Below are positions 1 through 10,098 of a stretch of 64,000 bases of DNA, in pieces; position 1 is the stretch's first letter, and the number at the start of each line of letters is the position of its first letter. The notes beneath the pieces are model-generated. The model was given only the letters and a program-made list of their open reading frames with translations. It did no database searches and was not told the DNA's origin. The position numbers and the translations under genes were made by a program. Origin of the DNA: Ptychomitrium polyphyllum (Eukaryota); assembly GCA_973851085.1 (NCBI GenBank), contig OZ316776.1, forward strand, positions 6,882,001 to 6,946,000, given 5' to 3'.

Positions 1-156
1 TTTCTTGCGATCGAACAAAAGAAAAGTCCCGCAAGTAGACACATGAAAACACATTCAGAAGAAAAATGAAGGTGCATGGTATACAGAGTACAAACCCTAG
101 ACGCTAATCATGCAACATCAAACCAAAGAGTTCATGAGTCCAGTCGCCTTGCTCAC

Positions 157-749
157 CCTGCTGATCGAAGCTCTTCTCGAAGCTCCCCGTCATCTTAAAT
201 AGCTGGTCGAAATGGGGTTTGCAGTAGAGTATTCCTTCCAATGACGCATAATTCCCTAACTGCGCAAAGCAAACCGACAAATCAGAATATGAAATAACGA
301 TATACGTTGTCTCTTCGTGAAAATTATCAGCTATAGCTGAAGCATGCTGCGATTGATGCAATACCATTCAAGAGAGAACAGATATGACCTAACTGCATGG
401 AAGTCGGATCAGCCTCGAGAAAGAATATACAAACCAGAAATCTCAGGCAGTATTCAAACAATACGAACTTTCTTACTGGAATCATGAGCTACAAACATAG
501 CTGCCAGATCGTTTGCAAACGAATGTCGCCGTAGTCAGATACACACATACCAGCCATGATGTGTCCCAATATTCAACAAGAGCACCAAAACCAATTCATT
601 CTACTCAATGAAACCTTGAGCGTCCCCTTGCAGTGGTTGCACCGGAAGCACGCCTTGTGGTACACGACGCTGTCCGCCCGCAGCTGGTCCACCAAGTACA
701 CCGTCTTCTCGCACTTCCTGCATTTGGGCTGGATCACCGTGAGCGCCAT
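157..749 (-). CDS. Plant LIM-domain (WLIM/PLIM-type actin-bundling) protein, first two exons; gene continues off the left edge
   Basis: Exon 1 615-749 gives MALTVIQPKCRKCEKTVYLVDQLRADSVVYHKACFRCNHCKGTLK with a GT donor. Exon 2 157-259 gives LGNYASLEGILYCKPHFDQLFKMTGSFEKSF. Together they form the LIM zinc-finger pattern CxxC...HxxCxxCxxC...CxxH. Confidence 0.93.
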
Positions 750-1833
750 GATGAGCAAATCACTCACTCAATCCTCGCGATCTAACACCAAATTTGAAGA
801 ACTCATCAACCGCGACCTCGACCTCGTAGCGTCGCCGACGCGCCCACCAGCCTAAGTCCTCCAAGCTCCCACATTACTCAACTCTCTGACCCTGCCGCAT
901 CAGAGCGCCAAGCGGTGCCATCGCTCTGAGGGGTGGGAACCCACATCCCCTAAGCGTCGGTTTGCTGCCAAACTCTAACCTGGCGGCCCAATCACCAATA
1001 AGCTCCCGATAAACCGCTCTCACCGCACCACTAGATGAACTCCACAGCAGCAGCAATCGTGACACAAACAGAAACTCTGGGACAACTCATAATATTCTAA
1101 CCTTCCACCAAGAAAATCAAATCGGTAACACGCTACATGAAAATTTCAACTCCTGTGATGGAGTGAAAGTTGTTAGGATGCCGTCTCCTTGCTCATCAAT
1201 CCGATCATGAAAAGACAATGAACACGCACATGAGCTTCGGAATCCAGATGTGGGTAAAGGTCTAATTTTGATGGTCTATTACCTCGTGTAGGATCATCTC
1301 CGGGTTTTTTCCTCTCTGTGTTGATAGCATGAGTTTCGGAGGTGGAGGGAGTGAGGGTCACTTCATTGCCGCCTCAGCTTTGAACTGCTGGACTGGTAAG
1401 CTTTGTCCAGCTCAGTGGGAAGTACTATCTTGAGACAAGTCCGGAGGCATCTAAGTTAGCGGTAGCTTTATGAGGATCATCACGAGTGTTGTGTTAGAGG
1501 AGAGCATTTCGTTGGTGTGAGTTGGGGTTCTCTAAAACCGTGTCTTTGAGTTGGAGTTCGCTGGTGAGTTAGCCTCAGCCAGTGAGTGAATTGAGAGACA
1601 GGAAGAGTTTTGAATCTTTCGATTGATTTGCAGGAGGATATGAAGGCGGAGTGGGGCAGGAAGTGAGGCTGAGTTTCTGCCCGGGAGGATTTTGAGATCA
1701 GTGGGGAGATTCAAATGATTGTGGGTGATAGTTCCGCGGCTTGAAGTTTTAGGGTTTGTTGTTCCATTGATAGATAGGCGGTATTGTTAGAGATTGTTTG
1801 GGATTGTTGAGGATTGTATAGAGTTGAAGGGAG

Positions 1834-4800
1834 ATGGTCATGGCTTCCGTGAAGTGGAGGAGGTTTAGTGGAACCGTTGTGGGAGTGATGAATTGCCATG
1901 GCCGGCAGGGGATGGAGGCGATGAACGTGGGATGGCGAGCGCGCGCTCCTGCTCCTGCTCGTTCTCCTCTTGCTGTGTCGAGTTCTGGTGGCAGCGGTGC
2001 GGTGCCGTCCACCTCTGCGATTCCGACTCATGTACACAATTCCATTCCTTCACTTTCCTCTGCGTCGACTTTTCGAGGGACAGACACGAGCGCTTGCACG
2101 GGGAAGATACAAGGCGCGAATTTTCACGACGGAGGGATTGGACGAGGGCGACGGGGAGCGCACAAAGGTTTGCCGCTTGCAATATGCGCGAGCTGCAGCA
2201 CTCCGTTCTCTGCCGCGGTGTCGTCCATTTACCCAATCTCAGATTCCGGCATTACATGTTCGAATTGCGGAGCAGTCGACACACTTATAATCGTTCAACC
2301 TTCGAGTAGTAGCGCAGATGGGCCATCTGGAAGTGATGCCACTACAGGTTCAGCTTTGTCGGTCGTCGAAAACGCGCAGCTGCGCGACACAGCACTGCGA
2401 GTCTCGCGATGGCAAGCCTCGCGCAGGCAGGGCAATAATGATGCACCGCAGCATTGGCAACAGGGTGCGAATTCAACGCCATCTCCTCCAGTAGCCGTGC
2501 AATCACCTCCTGGACCTCCGTACTCTCCAAGCTCCAATCTCGTCCGAGCTCATCCTGGTACCGGTGGCTCGGGTGGTTCTGGAGGTGGATTTGGTTCTCG
2601 AGACTCTTGGGGCGGTTCTGCGCTTGGCAAGGAGCTTCCCACTCCCAGAGAAATCTCTCAAGCTCTGAACAAGTTTGTTGTTGGCCAGGAACGGGCTAAA
2701 AAGGCATGTGCTTCCTCCGCCTCTTCAAATTTCCTTCTTGTAGGAGAATCCTTCAATCTGCATTTATGTGCGTATTGGTGCATATGTAGTGACAGATTAT
2801 GGGTGTAACAGTTGATGAACTGATGATTCTTTCTACTTACAAATCGAGTAACCAGGGTGATTGTCCTTATTCCAAATTATGGAGCTACTGTAGTGCTTAC
2901 CGGTCAAGTTGGTTCATGTGCTTCTCCTTCGTCATTGTGCGTCTGTGGAATAGCTTGAATTTCCTGAGTTTTGGAAAGTTTTGATCTGCAGTTGCGTACG
3001 CATTAGCGCATATGGAGTAATAGATTAAAGGTTTTGAGGTTGATGGACTGATGGTGTACTCTTTCTGATTTGCAGATATTGTCGGTGGCGGTCTATAACC
3101 ACTACAAGCGCATCTACTATGAGTCTCTGCAAAAGGGCAATGTAAAGCCTACTGATGAAGGGTAAGGACATTCGACTAGGGCCTCTCTTCACGCTTTGAA
3201 ATGGAAAGCACGGATTTTGTTCGAGATTACGTTATTTTGGTTGTGGTTGACACTGATTTTGCACTTCTGCGAGTAGCAGTTTTGATTAAAAAGAATCGGA
3301 AGATGTTTTACTTTCACGAAGCATCTCCCTTTATATAAATGAATTCTGAAGACTCAGTGCTGTTTTCTGCTTCCCGTTCGTGATATTTATGAGAATGTTT
3401 TTGTATATAAACAACAACAATAATGTGACTGCAATAAAGTATTTAAGATTTTGATGTGCAGGTTTGGTGGCCTCAGCTCCGGCCTTTCTGATGTCGACGG
3501 TAGAGAAAATGACGGCGTAGAGTTGGAGAAGAGTAATGTTCTGCTCATGGGTCCTACTGGATCTGGTTTGTCCAAAACCTTTGTGTTGGTTTTTATGGCA
3601 GAGTGAATAAGTCATGTATTGTCAACATCGTCCTCCATGTTTATCTTTTGCTTACGACATTGATTGGAAGGAATATTCGCTTTGTTTTGTCTTTTGCAGG
3701 AAAAACTTTGTTGGCTAAGACCTTGGCCAGATTCGTAAATGTCCCCTTTGTGATTGCGGACGCTACTACACTCACTCAGGTTATTTCACGAAATTCTTTT
3801 ATTTAAATGTTATTTCAATGTGAAGGGTCTTGTGGAAGCAGTTTATTTTTCTCACTTTATGATATCTTTTTTCTTACTGGTAAGAGTCTGTACAAACTTT
3901 TAGTTGTTTTGTTTACTCATATTTGGTTTTATCTGCACTTGTGTTTGTACAGGCAGGATACGTGGGAGAGGATGTGGAATCTATCTTATATAAGTTGTTG
4001 ATGGCAAGTATTTGAAATTGTCTTTTTTGCTCACAGCACAAATTATATGCCGGAATGTGATGAATCGGTCAAACTTCTAGTTGTTATATTTCGATGCTGA
4101 AATTTTAAGACTGGCAAGGAATCTTCTTTGCTATATTTACTGTTGTCACAGGCAGCAGAGTTCAATGTCCCAGCCGCTCAACAAGGAATTGTTTACATTG
4201 ATGAGGTCGACAAGATTACAAAGAAGGTACGTTGAAGTAGCTTGTTCTCGCTTGCTGGTGGTTAGAAGTCCAGGTCAGAAAATATCCATTTGAAATTGGC
4301 ACACGTGGGTGTTTTCAAATTTTGTGCTTTTAGAGTTGCTGTTAGTTTCTGTTATAAATGTATTGTAGCTGACATTGCTCATTTGTAGTAGATGCACATT
4401 GGTGGTTACCTATCCTGCTGGTGTAGTATGATTGATAAAGGTGCTTGGTCGTTCAGGCGGAAAACATGAACATAAGCAGGGATGTGTCTGGTGAAGGAGT
4501 ACAGCAAGCACTTTTGAAGATTCTCGAAGGAACTGTATGTTCTTATTCCTCTTAGTCAAACTTTCATACGTTTCGAAAGACTCTGGCAACATAGTGTACT
4601 TTTGGGGTTTAAGCATTTAGATTACTTGGAGATGATCCTGCTAACAATGTGGAAGCATAAACGACTGTCGTGGTGCAGGTTGTGAACGTGCCAGAAAAAG
4701 GGGCTCGAAAACACCCACGTGGAGATCATATTCAGGTACTGTTTACCTCAAGTTTTTTGTTATTGGCATTCTTTCGATCGGGTCCCCTGTGAATCGGGAT

Positions 4801-6885
4801 TAAACATGCCAGAAATTTCATGTGCTGGGTGAACTGCAATTACGTAGTGCCATTCAGCGTGTGTTTTCAACCAACAGATATGATTTATGGGGAGCACGTA
4901 GTTTTAGTTTTTCTTGACATGGTCTTTCATTTGATTGTTCTCCTTGTCGATGTTCGGGGTACAGATTGACACCAAGGATATTTTGTTTATTTGCGGAGGC
5001 GCTTTTGTGGAGCTTGAGAAAACTATTGCGGAGAGGTACGGTGTTTTCTGGAGCGTAGATTCTCAATTTATCTTCAAATCCTCTATGCGTACACTTCCTT
5101 GTTTTTTCTTGTGGGTATTACTTGATTGTGGAACCAACTTCATCGGGTGTATGAAAGGCAGCTTCAACCATTTAATGATATAAAACTGTAAATTATAGGA
5201 TAGAGTCAAAGTTTTTCTCTGCCCATATTTCTCTTGCACTATCTTCCATGCGGATGTTAAGACATTAATGTGCTTAATTAACTATTTCAATCTTTCAGGC
5301 GTCAGGACTCATCTATTGGATTTGGAGCGCCTGTACGTGCTAACATGAGAGGGAATAGATTGGTTGATGCTGCCATTACCTCTTCATTGCTTGAGACGGT
5401 AAATTCTTGTCGCAATTTTTCCTGCGATGTGGTACTTGCTTGTCCTTATAGTGTTTGGCTGGTCATTTCTGTTGATTGAGAATTTAATGCATACACATCC
5501 TCTCTCGTAAGGTAAGCTATCCTACTGATGTGTTTCAGTTTGTCATGTTTTTTATTATATAATGCGGCAAGCTTGTCACAAGCCGGTTGTGTCTATGGTA
5601 TGCAGGTGGAGAGTAGTGACTTAATTGCTTATGGGCTCATCCCTGAATTCATTGGACGATTTCCTGTTCTTGTCAGCCTTGCTGCCTTGAATGAAGACCA
5701 ACTTGTGCAGGTATTAATCGTAATACGCAACGCTGTTCAGTCTTGTTTACAATCTTCCCTTGGATCATTAAAACCTAATATTGAAGTCTCATTTACATTA
5801 GCAATACTCATGTTTAGCGCTCTATGTTTCTTATGCGCAAGATTGGAATTGCTTCTTTGCTACAGGTACTCACGGAACCCCGAAATGCTCTGGGTAAACA
5901 GTACAAGAAAATGTTCGCCATGAACAATGTAAGCTTTCTCCTGACAAATCTATTGTAAGTATTCTTCATTACATTTTACCAGAGAATTTTAGCTGCTCGT
6001 TTGGGGGATCTGACTATGCTACCGGGTTCAATGGCTTTGAGCAGTTTCTAAAGTTTGTCAGACCCATTTGCTCTGTTCCAGGTTGGATTGCATTACACCG
6101 AAGCAGCGCTGCGGAGGATTGCACAAAAGGCAATGATCAAGAATACTGGAGCTCGAGGGTTAAGGTCCATTATGGAGACTCTTTTAACGGATGCTATGTA
6201 CCAGGTGTGACCTCTAAAGCTTCTTCTTATGTTGAATCTTAACATTGGGTGCATGTAGTGACATCAATTGAAGAACTATGTCGATACAGCAATTCATGTG
6301 ACTACTGTGACGTGTCACAGGTTCCAGATACTGTCATGGAGACGGAGGAGAAGATAAATGCAGTTGTTCTTGACGAAGATGCGGTTGGTTCACCTGATGG
6401 CGTCGGAACCGGTGCTAAAATCCTCCGCGGCGAAGGTGCTTTAGATGTGTACTTAGATAACACGAAGGGTTCGAGCAAGGTGATTAAGCATTACTTTCTT
6501 CCATCAATAATATTATCCGTTTTAAGCAGCTCAAGTTATTCGAATTCCGTACCAATTTCACACTTTTATCAGCGAAGGAGATCCTTAAGAAATACGTAAC
6601 TTAACTGTCATTTGCATTTTATCTTCGTGATGTTCAGCTGAAAAGGTAGCAGATGTTCTCTTATATTGGGTGGATAACTATTTTCAGCGAGCTTCGGGGA
6701 TTAAATACCCCTGCCTACTGCATCTTGGCCACTAGGTTACTAGTGATGACATCATGAGGTCTCCCGAGTTCTTAGTACGCACTCCCTGATATTTCTTGTT
6801 CTTCGTGCAGACTGGGACACAACGATCATCCGAGGAGGAAGTTGAAGCAGACCCAGAGTTGCCTGCTAGGGCAGCGAACTTGTAA
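1834..6885 (+). CDS. clpX: ATP-dependent Clp protease ATP-binding subunit ClpX, mitochondrial type, 15 exons
   Basis: Spliced exons give [34 protein letters not shown], Walker [37 protein letters not shown], Walker [56 protein letters not shown] and [11 protein letters not shown]. Last exon 6811-6885 ends ELPARAANL*. The N-terminus has a CASC...CSNC zinc-binding pair. Confidence 0.96.
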
Positions 6886-7875
6886 TCTAGTGATTGCATT
6901 TGTACAGCACAAGATTTAATTATGTGACATGCTTTAAATTGTAGCTGTTTGAGCACATGTTGGAACCATAAGATTGTCCAGCTGTTGCTCTTGGAAATAG
7001 ATCCTGCAGAGATATAAGAATTGGAAACTCCCTCCCATCGAGCCCCGCTGCTAAAGGTAAATCTGCAACTTCGCTCTTGTAAAGATGCTGTGCTGCTAAA
7101 GGCGGACACCTGCCTGATAATGACGACAACGACTTTAGTTTGATGTTCAGTTTCCTTCAGTCCCCTTGTCTGTAATGTTTGATCTGGGGTGTGAACTTGG
7201 ATGCACTGAACCAACCCCCAGAGTTGGAGATACAGAAGGCAGTCCAGGAGTCGAGACGGGAGCGTCACTCCCTCGACCACATGTACAGTATCCTCCAAAC
7301 ATCCTCAGCTGCATCAATTTTCCGTTTTGTGCATACTTGCCGCCGACAACAGTGTAAAAGAGAATATGTTCCGTCAAGAATGACTGTGGCCAATATTGAG
7401 AATGTGAGCATTGCAACCTTAAGTTTTCTAATAACTGTGTTCGGTCTGCTAACCAAACAATAATGCCGTACAATACAGTTACAGGAATATCAAGACCTTG
7501 TTTATATGGCAAACGTCTGTGTAATGAATACTTGAGGTGAAGAGAACATATTTCCTTCGTTCGTCGGGGTAATTTGTCATACGGACTATTTGTGGGGCAG
7601 TAAACAAAGCTTTCGCCATTGTTGTGAGTTTGATGAAATATAGAGTCCATCCTTCTATAGCAGCGACATAGCGATTTAGTTGATCATATAATGAAATCGT
7701 GAATGCCCTGGGATGTCGGAGTTGATTGCAAGATGTCGATTCCTATTGTAATTAGGCTAGGTTACGAAGGAAGAGGTAAGCCGTACAGTTCCGCGACAAC
7801 CCGGGACATGGGATGAAGGATCGAGCAAAAACGTTCTCTCAGCGTCTTCACGTAACTGTACCTCGTAGGTTAGAT

Positions 7876-7971
7876 GTGATCTACTCAGAAACAGTTTATT
7901 ATTCATGGACGACTGTAGTCATCTCCATAGTCTAACATGTATAAATTTTAAGAATCATCACAGTGGATCAC
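7876..7971 (-). ncRNA. snoR58Y: Box C/D snoRNA, snoR58Y/snR58-like (25S rRNA AGUCUAACAUGUAU region)
   Basis: Minus strand has box C GTGATGA (7955-7961), box D CTGA (7885-7888) and terminal stem gtgatccac/gtagatcac. The 14-nt element at 7929-7942 is complementary to the LSU sequence following GGACCAAGG, the yeast snR58 Cm663 site. Confidence 0.8.
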
Positions 7972-8236
7972 GAGGGTGACTGCATAGAATTTCATAACCG
8001 TCAGCATCTTTCAGATGAAATTGTATAGAACTGCTGTGAGTACTTTGGGTGAAAAACTACATAGTGGAACACCCACGTTCTCTCAAATGCTTCGGTCTAT
8101 GCCTCTATGACAGGATTCACCGAAGATTGCAAACTCTGAGAATCAGAGTTAAGGCGTAAAATAATCCTCGATATGTGTTTCGTTGATGTCAACTATTAAG
8201 TTTCGATCCACTCAAGAGAAATCAAGTCATTGCTCG

Positions 8237-8322
8237 TACCCGTCAGTCAAAGATTCCAAGTTGATTACAGCACAGCCGAAGCTCTGATGACCGTCGTGAT
8301 GGAATATCTCATCATCCGGGCA
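8237..8322 (-). ncRNA. U35: Box C/D snoRNA U35/snR73-like
   Basis: Box C ATGATGA (8309-8315), box D CTGA (8243-8246), stem tgcccg/cgggta. Guide TCACGACGGTC upstream of D' CAGA pairs with LSU GACCGUCGUGA, and the D+5 rule selects the first C of GACCG (yeast Cm2959). Confidence 0.85.
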
Positions 8323-8354
8323 GGACCTACTGTGAACTTCATTCATATGCAAAC

Positions 8355-8532
8355 TGCATTCTCTCAGACAAATGCCTCGTTTATTCTTCAGAGTAACTGG
8401 CAAACCAGCGGTTAGCAAGATCCAGCAGCTTCGCAAAACTACACGATAAGACATCGCATAGCCCGTTTCACTACCTTCGCTCACACCTCAAACTCAGATT
8501 CGTCATCTAATGTCATCTTCATCGAGAATGCA
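8355..8532 (-). ncRNA. U15: Box C/D snoRNA U15 (double guide, snR13 + snR75 sites)
   Basis: Perfect 9-bp stem tgcattctc/gagaatgca. The 5' end reads CGATGAAGATGACATTAGATGACGAATCTGA and the 3' end ACGAGGCATTTGTCTGA. Both guides pair with LSU CAAAUGCCUCGUCAUCUAAU, and both ends closely resemble vertebrate U15. Confidence 0.92.
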
Positions 8533-8847
8533 CCGTAACAGACAGTAAAACCCTAACACAGCACGAAAAAATTACCATAGATATAGATGTATCTGCTCAT
8601 TTTGACGCTTGCAATATGGAAGAGGCATAAGGCAAGACATCATAACGCCGGCTTCTCAACCGGCAGCACGACACTAGTTCTAGCACATGCTTAGGGCGAT
8701 TTCGTCCTTACTTTTCAGAACCGCCCGGGGTGCATTGTGCAAACAAAGCAGTGAAGAGCTCCCTACCGGCACATAAGGGGAAACACATCTCCACGTCCAG
8801 ACTTCGTCGCAAGACATGTCCACATCCTAAATACACTCACTGCTTGA

Positions 8848-8930
8848 GGCCTCATCGATCTTAGTGGTATTATGTGTAATCAGCTGGTCGTAACCATCAA
8901 GATTAGCAAATACATGTATAATCATCGGCC
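8848..8930 (-). ncRNA. U24: Box C/D snoRNA U24 (double guide)
   Basis: ggcc/ggcc stem, box C CGATGA. D' guide TATTTGCTA before TTGA pairs with LSU UAGCAAAUA. D guide ACCACTAAGATC before ATGA pairs with GAUCUUGGUGGU (one G-U). The D+5 rule gives the yeast Am1449 and Cm1437 equivalents. Confidence 0.85.
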
Positions 8931-9130
8931 AAGGAAACGAGACTTAAAACCCTCATACATCCACACCAAGCAAAACAACAGGTTGTAATGGTAAGACCAG
9001 GAAACGATTCAGCTCAGGCGAACAATAACAGAGCTTGACCAAACTTCCTGGCAGCAGTGACGAGCCGGCTGTAGAGGCGCGGCGCTGGAGCTGCAGGGCG
9101 AGATGTTAATGATGGTCTGTGTGACTAGCG

Positions 9131-9210
9131 CTAGGGTTTATGTAGAAATCAGGGCTAGGGTTTGTAAACGTTGCTGGCAGCAGCCGGGCCTGCAGGTCCG
9201 GGTCCCTTGA
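9131..9210. promoter_or_regulatory. Telo-box pair (TAGGGTTT) plus a site-II-like GGGCC in the divergent promoter between the snoRNA cluster and the DUF3245-like gene
   Basis: ctagggttt at ~9131 and ~9155, cgggcc at ~9185. Further TAGGGTTT copies lie in intron 1 of the downstream gene, and AAACCCTA lies at ~8548. This combination is typical of plant ribosome-biogenesis genes. Confidence 0.55.
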
Positions 9211-9363
9211 GCGCTGGACGAATGTTATGGAGAGATGGATGAACAGTTCGGAGCGGACAACACGACAAGACGAACAGAGCATGAAGGTCTTTCAGTAACT
9301 CGTTTCTCCTGAGTACCGTAACCAAGGGTCGTCCAAGTGCTGCGATTTCTGTTGAGGTACGTG

Positions 9364-10098
9364 ATGGACTCTGACGTTAAGAACGAAGGGAAGGCCACGG
9401 AAGTTGTTGTCACGCAAAAGGCCTTCAATTTGGTAAGTAGGCGAATTTGCTTTCCTTCAGTGAAGCTTTCTTTGTTGTACCTGTGTGACAATCCTTTCGT
9501 CGACAACTTAGGGTTTTGGATTTTGGGTTTAGGATTTAAGGTGTAGGGTTTGAGAGGAGTTCGTGATGGTTCTTGTTGCAGGCATGTTCATGGGTAAAGA
9601 AGATGAGTGGGGGAACTGATTTTGACGTGGAAGAAGAATCGAAAGGCTTGCGTGAGGATGATGGTGTGGATATTCGACCCATGAGGTACTACAGTTTGCA
9701 TTTAGTGGAGAGTGAAATTGATAGCAAGGATTTTCACATTGAATTATTGGTATGCGTTTGCCTTGATGTCGTGTTGATGGTTTCCCAGGTTAGGATTAGG
9801 GGCCAAGTATCTTTCGCATTCTCAAGCCAATCTTGTAAGTAGCCAAGTAGATCGTAAGCTGCGGGCAAAGCTGCTACCGACGGCAAGGACCAGCACTGGC
9901 TTTCAGGGAGGTCAGAGAGAAAGTAAAGCTTCCCATAGAGAAGAAGAGGAAGTGGTGCAGGCTGAGGATGAGGGCGAGGAGGACGACAGCCGCGCTTCAA
10001 ATTTTAAGAAGCGGTCGAGTGCTTTTGCTAGACCTACGTTGATAGCGTCCGAAACAACGGGCTCCAAGAAGAAGAAGAAGAAAAGAACGGGTGCATAG
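9364..10098 (+). CDS. Small lysine-tailed protein with an RPxRLGLGAK motif (DUF3245/Nop19-like, probably nucleolar), 3 exons
   Basis: Exons 9364-9432, 9582-9685 and 9789-10098 with GT-AG introns splice in frame: MDSDVK...KAFNL|ACSWVKKM...DIRPMR|LGLGAKYLSH...VDRKLRAKL...EEDDSRASNFKKR...SKKKKKKRTGA*. Confidence 0.8.

Noticed and set aside
1711..2699. Many overlapping ORFs on both strands
   Set aside because: Shadows of the GC-rich first ClpX exon, with no motifs of their own.
6732..7650. 188-aa and 167-aa minus ORFs and a 94-aa plus ORF
   Set aside because: They overlap the ClpX last exon and 3' UTR, with no recognisable domain or coherent splice structure.
8546..8557. AAACCCTAAC as a possible telomerase RNA template
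   Set aside because: No USE/TATA Pol III promoter or other TR features seen. The same motif occurs widely here as an ordinary telo-box.
8715..8730. CTGA preceded by CGGGCGGT, resembling a U43/snR70 guide
   Set aside because: Only 8 nt of complementarity, the D+5 position is off by one, and there is no matching box C or terminal stem.
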